NCBI RefSeq assembly: GCF_001194135.2
Contig: NC_068983.1
Span: 27,672,205-27,721,688 of the forward strand
Source: Octopus bimaculoides
Taxonomy: Eukaryota
Reading direction: 5' to 3'
Length of the DNA: 49,484 bases
Every line of letters begins with the position of its first letter. Position 1 is the stretch's first letter. The notes below the pieces were generated by a model. It did no database searches, was not told where the DNA came from, and saw nothing but the letters and a program-made list of their open reading frames with translations. A program made the translations under genes and the position numbers. Below, piece by piece: positions 1-12,750 of this stretch.

Positions 1-349
1 AATCCTCTCTGAGGATCTCTTTCTGAATCGATTTCCAGTCCGCTTTGTAGAAGTTCAGATTGGAGAGATTTTGGGTGCTTCCGTTAGACTGTATGTCTCT
101 GGTTTCTTTTGGCCCAAACATAGACAGCTCTATTATGTTGTGATCCGAAACTAATGTCGGCGTCACTTTCACATCATGAATGATGTCCATATTGTTCGTG
201 AAGCAGAGATCTAGAATGTTATTCGCTCTAGTTGGTCTGAGAACAGTTTGCTCCATGAATAGGGCATTGGTGAGGTTGAGCAGGCATTCCACCTGTGCTT
301 GCTTGCAATAAGTCATTCCTGAGAGTATGAGACCTTCGGGCCATTTGAC
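1..349 (-). mobile_element. CR1/L2-like LINE fragment: C-terminal part of the APE endonuclease of ORF2 (runs off the window edge)
   Basis: My translation of the minus strand is open: VKWPEGLILSGMTYCKQAQVECLLNLTNALFMEQTVLRPTRANNILDLCFTNNMDIIHDVKVTPTLVSDHNIIELSMFGPKE...NLNFYKADWKSIQKE. PTR..NILDL.FTN, SDH and NF.KADW are typical CR1/L2/Jockey-group APE-end motifs. The fragment starts directly at a (TA)n tract. Confidence 0.85.
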
Positions 350-716
350 GTATATATATATATATATATATACACACACATATATATATATTTACATATA
401 TGAATTTATATATATATATATATATTTTCCGAATTTGTGTAAATGTGTATAGAATAGTATATCAGCTGAATAAAGTTAAAACATGATATGGTTTACACGT
501 TTTTTATTATGGTATCTTAAAAAAAACACATTTTTTTACAATGTTGAAGTATGTTAAACACTAAAAAAAATTTTGTAATGTTCGTATAAAGTTCAACTAG
601 CGCTTTCGTGCGTTCGTAGTAAGCGTCAGATTTCAAAATGTATTTACGTGAGTATATACATATGCAAATATGTGTTCGTGTATTATATACAAACCCATCA
701 AGACAAAATTACACGT

Positions 717-878
717 GTGTGTTTGTGTGTGTTTGTGTGTGTTTGTGTGTTTGTGTGTGTGTGTGTGTGTGTGTCTGTCTGTCTCTCTCTCTCTCTCTCT
801 GTCTGTCTCACTGTCTGTCTGTCTGTCTGTCTCACTGTCTGTCTGTCTTTCTGTCTGTCTGTCTGTCTGTCTGTGTGT
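717..878. repeat. Compound microsatellite (TG)n/(TC)n/(TCTG)n
   Basis: Directly visible; explains ORFs 638-1036, 648-947 and 670-909. Confidence 0.95.
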
Positions 879-1440
879 ACCCGCGCGCGCTTGTGTTCAA
901 CGAAATTAAGATGCCAACGTGTGGGTTACTACATTTTTCTCGATTGAAATTTCAACACATACACAGAAGGACACGCATTTTCTCACACTTTCACAGCTCA
1001 AATACACACATACACACATTTAGAGGGAAACAGTGAGAAAGTGGGAGAATTAGAAGAAGGAAAGAAAAACAGATGCATATGTAGATATGTATCTTTATGT
1101 CTGTATGAACTTATTACAAGAAATACCGCTTTCCGACATTACGTGTGGTATATTTTCTAATGATTTTTCCGAAGATTAATTTTACTTCTTCATTTATGAT
1201 GTATTAAACCAAACATAAAATATTTATGAGATGATTATATCAAAATTAAAACAACTAAACTACAAATTGCTGTTTGTAGGGAATTAGCGTTTTCTTAAGT
1301 CAACTGCTGCTATAAATAGTCACCTTCAACACGATTATATTTCGATGGTTCTACACAGTGACTGAATATTACTTTAAGATGGCGAATAGAAATTCATTTC
1401 ATATATAAGCGTGTGTGGGAGTGAGTATACNNNNNNNNNN

Positions 1441-1472
<32 letters not shown>

Positions 1473-2879
1473 GTATATACACGCGTGCACACATATATGT
1501 CGACAAACAAGCATAAAGAGAGGAGGAACATAGAATTAATTGCTTATACGCACAAACATTCAGTAATTGTTTACAAAGTACGCAATGCTACATTACTAAA
1601 TCTGAAGTTATAAATAATCAAATATTGAATAAATTTAAAGAAAATAAAGGGACGCTATTTTTACTGCAGCTTCTTCTTTCCATTTCATCCAAAATAATGC
1701 TGAATGAAATGCGATACAAAGCGCTTGCATCAAAAACATTAGTGTTCGATGACTAGCAGGAGAAATCATCGTGGAAAGAGAATGGAAATTATATAGGGTT
1801 TAAAGATTTGGAACGTATATTTGTGCAGTGAAATGGATAATCGTTCAAAGTTATAAAATACATGTAACAGTTTATATAACAAACATTTCAATAAGACATT
1901 TTGTGGAACAAATATTTTCAGTGATTATGTTAGATATATAACATATTTTTCTATAGTCAATATTTACGGCTAGAATTGTATCCTTTCAGTAATATCTACT
2001 TCGCTTTCATTTAATGTTTGTACGTAATATTAAAAGAAACATGGAAAACCGTTGGGCTAACAAATAACAAATGATTATAAAATATACGTAAGCTGTTTCT
2101 TTCTTTGGAAAATAAAAGCCTTTTGTGGTGTAGCACATTATTTAAGTCAGGCATGTGGAATGAGTTACCCTCAGACTTTTTTCTCCTGCATAGGAAGATA
2201 AAAATTCTTCCAAATTATTATTTATCACATATGGAAACGATATAGAACAACGTAAACGTTTAATGGTTTGAATAACAGACCTTAATATATATTTTAAAGA
2301 TTAATTCTAATATTCTATTTACTATGTAAAAGTTTTTACCAAACTTGCACAACTTCACTTCCTTAAATGTTCTGGTTTTTTTACTCATACTAGCCTCAAC
2401 TTCACTGATGTTATAATACCAGGTAATTCAAAGGTCAACGATAAACAGTTAGAAAAGATGGGGAAATTCTAATTGCTCAGGGACGAGATATAAACGCTTG
2501 GAGGTAAGTTATTTTGATATCAGTAGCAATTTGAAAGCATATCGAGAATACTGGAGTGATTATCGGGCTTCAAATGATCCAGAAAAAAATCTTTGTTGTG
2601 TGTAGCTCGTATTCTAAGGAAAGTCTAGTCTCTTCGAGACACAGGAGTAAGCTTTACTTGAAACAATTGGTAATTTGTTATTGCCTCTTTTCAGGTAAGG
2701 AAGAGCCTGGAATTAAGAGCCATCCGAGTTGCAGAGAAAGATGATGATGATGATGATGATTGGCAGGTGTTGGTTTGCTAATGTGCCTTTAACCTCACAG
2801 TTCGGTATAAAGTACAATAGAAATAGATGCTAGACAACACTTCTTACTAATAACTGCATTTAGTTTCAGATAAACTCAC

Positions 2880-3947
2880 ATCTGACTGCTTAAAGAAGAA
2901 TTCAAGAGCGACTAGTAGCGACAAATTGAGCAACATTTTGCATCGTAATGAAGGGGATCCCGTTTCAGCTTTATTACCAGTGCAAAGCGGGTAGTTTAAT
3001 TTAGGAGGGGAAGGGATAATCTTGAAGATGAACCAAGGTCTAGATGTTCTGAAACTGCCACCACTGAGGAAATCGTTCTCCATATAGTGATGCATGACAG
3101 ACGACTGACTATATATTAAATAGCCAATTTATTAGCATGTCCCATGAGAGAGTTGAGAATATTCTGAATAGTGAACTTGGCATGACGAAGGTTTCTGCTC
3201 GATGAGTGCCACATCTTACACCTGATAGAAAGTACACCAAGCTGACTACATCACGGGAAAATCTGACATTGATGTGATTCAGCTGCTTTCATCATAAGTT
3301 TCATGAGTTAGGATGAATGTTGGCCTCGTCATTTTGAGCCAGAGAAAAGATACAATCCATGCAATGAATACGCCCCCTCTTAATCCGCTCCAAATAAGGC
3401 CAAGATCGTTTCATCTGTGATGAGGGGACGGCCCTAGTTTTGGGGGATGCATAACGCATTGTGGTTATACAAAAGAGCTATACCATCAATGGACAGTACT
3501 ATGTCAATTTACTAAGGCAGTAATGAAAGGCTGTCAAAACCAAACGCCCAGGAAAACTGACAACAGTTCTTGTTTCTTGAGAACAATGCTCTGTCATACA
3601 AATCGTTGGTTTCAATTGCTGCTGTGGGAGACTGTGGCTTTGAACTGGTTGATCAGTCTCCCTATTCGACTGATCTGAACCCATCTGACTATTATCTGTT
3701 ACCCAACATGAAAAAATAACCTTGTCGGGAACCAGCAGCGCACTGATGAAGGCGTTAGGTCGGTAGATCTGCTGTTGATGACTTTTTGACCAATAAACCT
3801 TTTTCACCAATGGGATCCAAGTACTGCCACACCGAAGGGGGAAATGTGTGGACAGCAAGGGGGACTATGTTGAAAACTAAACTTCATTTGATGACATTCC
3901 ATGAGAATATTATAGTCAGGTTTTGAACTTTTCAGCTGAACTTCGTA
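2880..3947 (+). mobile_element. Degenerate mariner (Tc1/mariner) transposon: transposase pseudogene plus 3' TIR
   Basis: Frameshifted translations give FRRGRDNLEDEPRS, ETATTEE, HDRRLT, ELGMTKVSAR*VP, WPRHFEPE, TINGQYYVNLLRQ, KTKRPGKL, DCGFELVDQSPYSTDLNPSDYYLLPNMKK and KCVDSKGDYVEN*. These match the mariner WVPH(E)L and YSPDLAP(S)D motifs. The element ends in GAACTTTTCAGCTGAACTTCG+TA, a mariner-like TIR plus TA target. The 5' boundary is approximate. Confidence 0.9.
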
Positions 3948-6040
3948 TATGACAGAGACAAGAAGTGAGCCTGACATGCAAACAAAAACTCAGCTTTCTG
4001 AATATTTTGTAGTCCACAGTCATTCGAGCAACCAACGAAAAATTTATGGACGACTTAAACATAATGCATAGACAAGAAGGAAAGGATGAAATAAAAACTG
4101 AAGTGATAGGTTTCCTCTTTGGAAACTCATGCTTATGATGGAGAGCAAAGAATAACCAGTCTTGTTAGACATTAGCTGATATTTAGATATGGACCCATTC
4201 TTAGTCGCAACTACACTTCTGTTGCTAGCAGAAGGTTTAAGGCCTGAATATATTAAGTACATTGATACCGTAACTATGGAATCGGAACATGGTCAGTTAA
4301 ATGCAGTTCCCTAATAAAACCAAGGTGAGAAGATCCAGCCTTCTCACTTTGTGCTATGCCGATTCAATTTGAGAATTACTTGAAATATATACGAATGCAT
4401 GGAATACATAACTGCTCGGTCCAATTGGCTGAAAAGGTGCGCATTCATATTCGTATGTCGAAATCGATATGAGAATCCATTACACGTCATTTATATTAGT
4501 GATTTTTACAATGTTTAACAGAGTTTATAAAGCGCTTACTATACGTACTAGTCGTTTGCATTCACTATTTATTTATCTAATAGCATTTTCTTAATAAGCT
4601 GTTGACGAGAACAGATCCTAAAGATAAATTAAAAGAAAGGATGATTATTGTTTCTTTATCATAGCAATTATATTAACAGTATATACTTGGTTTGCATCGG
4701 CTCCGGTGCTACTAATTTGATAGTTGTTACTTCAAACTGCTTTCATTTAACTTTTGCCGAATGTTATCTTCGGTACAAAGGTACAAAAGACACGTTGTGT
4801 GCAAAATGTAATTTGATCACATTCTTGTTTAAATATATAAGTGTGTTAGTGCTTAGGTGTGTGTATGCGTATATATATATATCGGTATATGTATGTGTGT
4901 GTATATTTTGATTACGTGGATTCTTGCATTTCTAGGTGGATCTTTCTTCAATTTCTAAGTAAGAAGGTATTTACCATTCCTGAAATAAAATATATAGTCT
5001 ACTAGCTATTGTTCACCGAATTTAAATGCTTCCATATCATCTTTTCAAAAGCTATCATCACCATCAGCATCATCATCATGACTATGATCGCGATTTTGAT
5101 GACGAAGATGATAAGCAGAATACACCCAGATATTTTGATTATCTACTTTAAAGATATTTTTTATGTTTGTTTGTAGATATATCCTTTTGCATCATAAAGC
5201 AACTTCGATAAGAATAAAAAGACATGGTGAATTGTCTGCGGGGTGAATTGTCTGCGGGGTGAATGAGTTCGCTCATGTACGCCATGGCAAATTATAATTT
5301 AAATATAGATAGCATACGAGAGTATGAATTAATATAGAAAAGAGTTGACCTTACAGGTTATCAAAATGGAAACGAAAAAATCAACTCTTAAGCACGGAAC
5401 CATTAAACGAGCAGTATTTGAAGTTTGAATATATTTTTCGATGAACGAAGATCATTCAAGTGGGTAGCATAACAATGAGAAAGGTAGGAAAGTGGAAGAT
5501 GAAAAGAAAGAAATTAAGAAAAACAAATTAATTTTCATATATTGTCTAAAATGACTTTCACAAACGCATTTTGATGAAATATGCGACTCCAATATCTGAA
5601 TACTGATAAATTGGAACATTATATTTTCTAAACTTCTTTTCATGATTGTTATTATGGCTTCCTCTTGTGAGAGCATTTAAAAATGTATTTTAATCAAAAT
5701 TTTGTAATATGAAATTAAGGAAATCGCGGTGATATTGTTTCTATATTTCATCAAGCCGTTTCATTTATTTTGCCCTGATGGGTGATGTGCTTGAGGTAGC
5801 GATGTATCTGACAAAACAACTCTTCAACTTTGTTATCTAAAAATATGCAGCTGCCTTCCTTCAAGTTCAAACGCCTTATATTTACAAATAATAGCTTGGC
5901 GAGAAATAACAGACACATAGTTCGATTGTGCCTCAACCAACGATGCCATAAAAAATAGTAGCCAAATCGTTCTTAAATAACATACAGACATTTCAATAGA
6001 AAGCGAAAGCCTATATTTGATGACATAATCATTAACATTG

Positions 6041-6199
6041 CCAGGCGTGGTTGCGTGGTAAGAAGCTTGATTCCTAAACACGTGGTTTCTGGTTCAGTCC
6101 CACTGCTTAGCAGCTTGTGCAACTGTTTTCTACTATATCCCCAAGCCGACCAAAGCCATATAAGTGGATTTCGAAGACGGAAACTGAAAGAAGCCCATC

Positions 6200-6244
<45 letters not shown>

Positions 6245-6617
6245 NNNNNNNNNNACAAACAACAGACGAAGACAAGTGGTGTAAACAACAAATGGATGTA
6301 TTCGTATAACGCTCGGGAATAGAGGAAGTCTTTAACGTTTCGAGCTTACGCTCTTCAACAGAAAGGAACACAAAAAGAAACAAGGAGAGAAAAACAGGAG
6401 AGACAAAAAGGAGAGTCATGTGTGTGTGTGTATGTTTTCCCCACCACTGCTTCACTACCAGTGTTAGTGTGTTTACGTCTTAATGAATTAGCGGCTCGGC
6501 AAAAAGTGACCGCTAGAGTACCACGCTTCACAAAAAAAAAGATTAATTCAACTAAGCATTCTTCAAAGCGATGCCCCAGCATGGCCGCAATATAATGGCT
6601 CAAAGCAAGTAAAAGAT
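6041..6617 (+). mobile_element. tRNA-derived SINE, type A (with internal microsatellite), interrupted by a second repeat
   Basis: Head CCAGGCGTGGTTGCGTGGTAAGAAGCTTG...GGTTCAGTCCCACTG (A/B-box-like), body CCGACCAAAGCC...GGAAACTGAAAGAAGCCCATCG, internal (TA)n, tail CCCCAGCATGGCCGCA...AGTAAAAGA. Homologous to other copies in the window. Confidence 0.85.
6255..6420 (-). mobile_element. Penelope-like terminal-repeat fragment with a degenerate hammerhead-like core, inside the SINE's microsatellite
   Basis: Minus strand reads TTGAAGA-GCGTAAGCTC-GAAACGTT (plus 6334-6358), similar to the minimal hammerhead cores of Penelope pLTRs. This segment is absent from the other type A SINE copies. Confidence 0.5.
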
Positions 6618-7077
6618 ATGTATGTATAAACACGGAACTAACTACGGTAGGGTTAAGTGGCATGATTAGAAAAATATTTGTGCTAGATAAAAATTATATC
6701 TGAGCGAATGAAGAAGGCAAGATGCTTCCAAATTTTCCTGGAATTTTGCCGTCGTCAGCAAAAGTGTACTCTTCGCCATTGCTTGCTGACGATGTATAGC
6801 TTATTATATAGAAATAGTCATTAAAAATAATGAGTAGCGTTGGAGAATGCGACTAATTGATAATTGAATAAATCTGAATGGGTGCTTAAAAGATGGAATG
6901 ATCATCACTTGATTTCCACAATTAGGGTTCACCTGGGGCCAAAAATTTTTAAAAAAACAAGAAGCAAGAGAAACAAGTAATCTTCAAAATTATCATGAAA
7001 AGGAGGCTTTCCGTGGCTAGAGGGTAGTGAGCAGACGATTCTTATTCCTTAATTTATATGCTTTGCTGTCTAGATGT

Positions 7078-7520
7078 TGATGATGACGGTGATGACGACG
7101 ACGACGACGACGACGGTGATGATGATGATGATGATGATGATGAAGAGGCGGAAGAAGAGTACTAGGATAAGGACGACGGTGACCATGACGACGACGATGA
7201 TGATAAAAAACGACAATGTGATTGACGAGGGTGACGACAAAGATATAACGATGACGATGACAATGTTGACGATGACAACGATGACAGCGACAGGAATGGG
7301 AATTATGATGATGATGATGACGACGACGACGACGAGGATGATGATGATGATGATGATGATGACGACGAAGATGATGATGATGATGATGACGATGATGAGA
7401 AGAAGAAGAAGAAGAAGAAGAAGAAGAAGAAGAAGAAGAAGAAGAAGAAGAAGAAGAAGAAGAAGAAGAAGAAGAAGAAGAAGAAGAAGAAGAAGAAGAA
7501 GAAGAAGAAGAAGAAGAAGA
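7078..7520. repeat. Compound trinucleotide microsatellite (GAT/GAC)n followed by a long pure (GAA)n of about 40 units
   Basis: Directly visible; explains the poly-M/T/R and poly-S/H ORFs 7017-7544 and 7074-7523. Confidence 0.97.
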
Positions 7521-9499
7521 TAGTGATGTTTGTGCTAATAGCAATACTTTGAATGATTGCCGCTTTGATAGTAATGATTCCGCATGCCTAGTTACCGCCC
7601 ATAGCGACCGTGGTCTTCATAGTGATGACAGTGAGGATAAGACTGATGAGAATAAACCTGATAATGATAATGATGATGCTGACGACCACGACCACGATAA
7701 CAGAATCAAGCTGTAACTCCCCATCCCCTGTAACATCCTTACGGTGCCTGAGATATATCGGTAGTAGGTAAAGTAACGATGTTGTTTTGTTCGTGCCTCC
7801 AGGTTGTGGGTGAATGTGGGAATTATTTTCTGTCGGTGATGTTAGATGCTTATGATTGCTATGATGATAATAATATATGATGATAGTAATTGCGTTAATG
7901 ACGACCTAAAATGATAGTGAGTTGGTTAATGATGATAGTATTGATGGCGAAGAAGATAATATGTTACTGATAATTTTTTTTTTTCTGTTCGTTTTTGTAT
8001 GAATATTGCTCTACTGTTATCGGCAGAACGGCTGGGTCTGATAGCATACGTAGACATACAGAGTTTTCTTTCGTAAATAATAATGGAATAACTGTAACCG
8101 TAATTGGGTAAAAGGAATAATTAATTATAAAGACAGCAAGGCATTGTGAAAATTGAAAGTGCGGCAATTCGAATTTGTTTCTTTCTTTCTCCGAATTGTT
8201 TTTTTAGATCTTTAAATATTTCAAGCCGTCGGAAAGAGATTGATCTCCTGGTGATTACTCTCTAGTGACTTCCGTTATTTGTTTGTCGGAACTATTTCAC
8301 TTGTGTTGAACTGCTTTTTCTTCGATAATCTCTACTTCAAAGACTTCAATTTTTTTTTTCTCACATTAAGTACACGGCATTCTAGTTAAGCAGAGCGTGA
8401 TACATAGGCGTAAACTAACTCCACTCTATTACATATATTATCGATTCCGCATGTATGAAAGAAGCAAAATTCAAAATCAGTATATACAGTGAGACAAGTC
8501 CAAATATCTTTTTCTTATTTATTCTCCACCACACTATATTGTCTATATAGCTACACGTTAAGTCGCCGGACAGAATCTTTTACGATTTATATTTATGTTC
8601 TGTGTTCTGACTTCAAATTTTACCAACGTTAACTTTGCCATTCATCCTTTCGGAGTTGAGAAATTAAGTACTTATCAAGACATAGGTGGAATTCGTAGAT
8701 CATTGGAATAGATGCCTCGTAGTATTTATTTTGTGACCTCTTTGTGTTCTGAGGACAACTCATTCATTAGTACTGATCCTATGCTGCATCGACCATCGTT
8801 GTTTGCTTGGACAACATTAACGAATTGGAGGAAGGAGACCTGCAAAGTATGGACAACTTTTTGTCTTCCATACATAAAAACTTACCCAGAGTTGCATCTT
8901 GCAGATGCAATGTTCCACATGTACAGTCAAGACCTTAAGAAACACATGGGTGGTCCAGGTTTATCTGAAAAATTGTTTGTGAATATTCATAAACTTGTGA
9001 CACTTCACCTTTGTACAATATACGATAAAGATACAATGAAATGCATTCATCATTTGGATAATGAGCTCACATATTTGTATGAATGGAACATAACAATTAG
9101 TTAAACCTGGAATGCCTTTCATCATCGGTCTGCTCGTTCAACGTGGAGCTAGCGATAAACGATAACGAACAATTGAGTCGCACTTAAACAGCATATAATA
9201 AACAAGCTTATATTAAAAAATTAAAAACAGTTATAACTTAGATATAATGCCTCAAAGTTTGGAAGTGGCATGCCGTTGATGAACGAACCGGTTTCTTAAC
9301 TGATATCTATTTTATCGACCACAAAATGATGAAAGGTAAATTCGATATCACCTTCTGATTGAGGCACAGATCGAAGCGGAATGTCAATAAAGAACAGAAG
9401 GAAATATGTCCGATGCTCTAATGAACCTTTCAGTCTAGAATCCTAAAAAATTTCAAATAAGATATATTTTAGTCTTTATCTTTATCATTCATTTGTTTC

Positions 9500-9605
9500 A
9501 ACCTTTGGAATGCAACCCAGCTGGGGCACCGCCTTGAAGGGCTCAGTCAAGCAAATCGACCCCAGTGTATATTTTTCTAAGTCGGGTACTTATTCTATCA
9601 AGCTT
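9500..9605 (-). mobile_element. Type A SINE, 3' fragment
   Basis: CAGCTGGGGCACCGCCTTGAAGGG...AGTCAAGCAAATCGACCCCAG matches the reverse complement of the type A tail. Confidence 0.65.
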
Positions 9606-10211
9606 TGAAGTTACAGTGATCTACAGTTATCAAGTAATGTGTTGAAGACAAATACAAAGACACATGCACACACAAACACATACACTCACTCATGCACACA
9701 CAAGCACCCATATATATATATATATANNNNNNNNNNNNNNNNNNNNNNNNNNNNNNNNNNNNNNNNNNNNNNNNNNNNNNNNNNNNNNNNNNNNNNNNNN
9801 NNNNNNNNNNNNNNNNNNNNNNNNNNNNNNNNNNNNNNNNNNNNNNNNNNNNNNNNNNNNNNNNNNNNNNNNNNNNNNNNNNNNNNNNNNNNNNNNNNNN
9901 NNNNNNNNNNNNNNNNNNNNNNNNNNNNNNNNNNNNNNNNNNNNNNNNNNNNNNNNNNNNNNNNNNNNNNNNNNNNNNNNNNNNNNNNNNNNNNNNNNNN
10001 NNNNNNNNNNNNNNNNNNNNNNNNNNNNNNNNNNNNNNNNNNNNNNNNNNNNNNNNNNNNNNNNNNNNNNNNNNNNNNNNNNNNNNNNNNNNNNNNNNNN
10101 NNNNNNNNNNNNNNNNNNNNNNNNNNNNNNNNNNNNNNNNNNNNNNNNNNNNNNNNNNNNNNNNNNNNNNNNNNNNNNNNNNNNNNNNNNNNNNNNNNNN
10201 NNNNNNNNNNN

Positions 10212-10274
<63 letters not shown>

Positions 10275-10275
<1 letters not shown>

Positions 10276-10440
10276 CACACACTACAGGCTTCCACACAAT
10301 TTCTTTCTACCAAAATCACTCACAAGTAATTGGCCGGTCTGGGGTTATGGTATAAGAGACTTGCCCAAACGTGACACAATGGAACAGAAATGGAAACCAC
10401 GAGGTTGGAAAGAGATCTTCTTGATCACACAATTAGAACC
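10275..10440 (-). mobile_element. Type A SINE, degenerate 5' half
   Basis: GGCTTCCACACAATTTCTTTCTACCAAAATCACTCACAAG...GACTTGCCCAA matches the reverse complement of the type A head/body; adjacent to (TG)n and a gap. Confidence 0.65.
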
Positions 10441-10800
10441 TGGACTCTGAAGTTTACTGTTTTCTAATAAAACTGATTAGTTCTTTACTTGAACTCCAGG
10501 TTAACGCATAACACTGGTCAACAACATTTTTTCTGTTTTTTTTTTGTTGTTTTTTTGCATGGTTCTGGTATGACCTGGTCTGATTTATGGCTAATCAAAG
10601 ATGCTGAATCTGAATATGACAACGGTTAAGCCGTATCGGGTCTAGTTTTCGATAACCAATAGATCAGTTTTTGTGACATATTATTTTCTCCATTATATTT
10701 ACTTATTATTAACCAATTTTTTATTTTCTTTGTTTTTTCAGATCACTCAGTTACAACTATCCAAGGCCGTTAGTGTAATAATTCAAAATCACTGACTCAA

Positions 10801-12750
10801 ATGGAAAGGATGGAACGCCGCAAATGTCTAATTAATCCCAACTGATTTTGTTATATTTGTGAACTCTTCACTCCAGAAAGCATTAAGTAACCTATCACCA
10901 AATCACTTCGATTAATCTACAATGCCTACTTCAAAATTCCATTTAGAGACCAAGATAAGAAATGGGCGCCTCATATAGTGTGTAGATGTTGTGCTAATCA
11001 CCTGAGTGAATGGATGATTGGAAAGCGAAGCTCAGGTTTGTCTTTTGCCGTACCAGTGGTGTGGTGAGAACCCAGAGACCATAATAATGACTGTTGCTTC
11101 TGCCCTACAAACATCAAAGAAATAACTGTCAAAACACAAACTACAATACCCCAATATCCCTTCAGCAATTCGACCAGTAATACACAGGGAAGAATTACCG
11201 CTTCCAGTTGCACCTGCTGAACACGAGCTAAGGACGGATTCTGATTCCAGTAGCAGCTCTATGGATGATGACTATCATGATGAACCCAGAGACAGCTGAA
11301 CCTATACCATCTAACCAAAGAGCTCATGATCTTACTAGGGACCTAGATTTGTCTAAAGAAAGGGCAGAGGTACTGGGATTAAAACTGAAACAACGTAACC
11401 TGCTGGAACTCGGCGTCCGCATCGCAATTGCTCGTCATCTGCATAAGGCGGCGAGCTGGCAGAAACGTTAGCACGCTGGGCGAAATGCTTAGCGGTAATT
11501 CGTCTGCTGCTACGTTCTGAGTTCAAATTCCGCCGAGGTCGACTTAGCCTTTCATCCATTCGGGGTCGATTAAATAAGTACCAGTTACGCACTGGGGTCG
11601 ATGTAATCGAGTTAATCCGTTTGTCTGTTCTTGTTTGTCCCCTCTATGTTTAGCGCCTTGTGGGCAATAAAGAATATGAATTGATCGTCATCTGCATGAA
11701 CAACTTTCTGCATTTTTCAAAATGGAAAATAACCCTTGTTATTGTCATGATACAGAGTTTCTCATCCAACACCTCTGCAAATCTGATTCATATAAACCAG
11801 ATGATTGGTGACTTTTCATTGATTCAAGCAAAAATGCTCTAAAAGCCGTCCTCTTACATATTGGAAATTAGCTTCCCTCTGTACCAATTGGTCATGCAAC
11901 AAATATGGCTGAAAATTATGGAACAATGAAAATTTTGCTTTCTGCTATTGAGTACCAAATGCACTAGCGAAAAATATGTGGGGATCTCAAAGTAATTAGT
12001 TTTATTCTAGGTCCCAGACTAGAAATCATATGTGCTTTCTGTGTTTGGGAAATAGTAGAACCGAAGCGGAGCACTACTTAAAAAAGGATTGGACAAGACC
12101 AAAGGATGGCACAGGCAGGTTCAACTGCCTGTACAAACCACCAGTAGAACCAGAAAAAGTATTCCTGCTTCCATTATATCTCAAATTAGGCTTGGCAAAA
12201 TATTTTATAAAAGGCAGGGATCATACAGGAAATGGGTTTCAGTACTTGTGTAAGATGTTGGCTGGTGTGGTATCTGAAGCAAAGTTAAAAGCGGGGTTTT
12301 GAATGGTGCTTAGATTTGCATGCTGGTTAATAATAGTGAGTTTGCAAAAACACTAAACCCTTTCGAGACTGCTGCATGGAAACCATTCGTTGATGTAACT
12401 CAGAACATTCTTGGAAATCCCTGTGAAGACAACTATGAAGAAATTGTTGAAAGCATGATGCAAAATTATCAAGCTCTGGATTCACGAATGTCCTCGAAGC
12501 TTCAATTATCCCATTCTCATCAGGATTTCTTCCCAGATAACCTAAGAGACATCAGTGATGACCATGGAGAAAGGTTTCACCAAGACATTGCGATAATGGA
12601 GATCAGGTATCAGGGCCTGTTCGCTCTTAATAAGTTGGGTGACTACTGCTGGACACCGCAATGTGAGGACAACTAGCAGAACAAGTGTAGAAACAAAATC
12701 AGGAAAAGGTTTTTGGACTTCTATTTTTCTCAATATATGAAGAATTGTTA
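10801..12750 (+). pseudogene. Chapaev3-like transposase pseudogene (stops, frameshifts, SINE insertion)
   Basis: Translated pieces: MERRKCLINPN*FCYIC, DQDKKWAPHIVCRCC, FAVPVVW*EPRDHNNDCCFC, HDLTRDLDLSKERAEVLGLKLKQRNLL, KAVLLHIGN*LPSVPIGH, KICGDLKV, CFLCLGNSR, LLPLYLKLGLAKYFIK, SEAKLKAG, SDDHGERFHQDIAIMEIRYQG, LGDYCWT. The family assignment is from recalled motifs, not a database search. Confidence 0.85.
11445..11678 (+). mobile_element. tRNA-derived SINE, type B (tail variant 1), nested in the Chapaev3-like transposase, with 19-bp TSD
   Basis: GGCGGCGAGCTGGCAGAAACGTTAGCAC...GTTCTGAGTTCAAATTCCGCCGAGGTCGAC...GCCTTTCATCC...GGGGTCGATTAAATAAGTACCAG. Flanked by AATTGCTCGTCATCTGCAT (11426-11444) and AATTGATCGTCATCTGCAT (11679-11697), 18/19 identical. 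Confidence 0.92.

Noticed and set aside
638-1036. ORFs rich in CV/SL/HT/YI dipeptides here and throughout the window
   Set aside because: They are translations of dinucleotide and tetranucleotide microsatellites.
4040-4120. FMDDLN as a possible reverse-transcriptase YXDD motif
   Set aside because: Flanking residues do not match RT domains and the frame closes quickly.
6786-6790. Right end of a small hairpin TCGTCAGCAA...TTGCTGACGA (about 6747-6790) as a pre-miRNA
   Set aside because: Only a 10-12-bp stem, too short for a miRNA precursor and expected by chance.
7017-7544. Poly-Ser/His and poly-Met/Arg ORFs suggesting a low-complexity protein
   Set aside because: Pure trinucleotide repeats open in several frames, with no flanking coding context. 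The same applies at 24043-24566 and 43124-43342.
9598-10450. Long ORFs containing X runs (also 13331-14429, 16340-17120, 20014-20699, 21844-22521, 30235-30991, 47933-49133)
   Set aside because: Artefacts of N gaps lacking stop codons.
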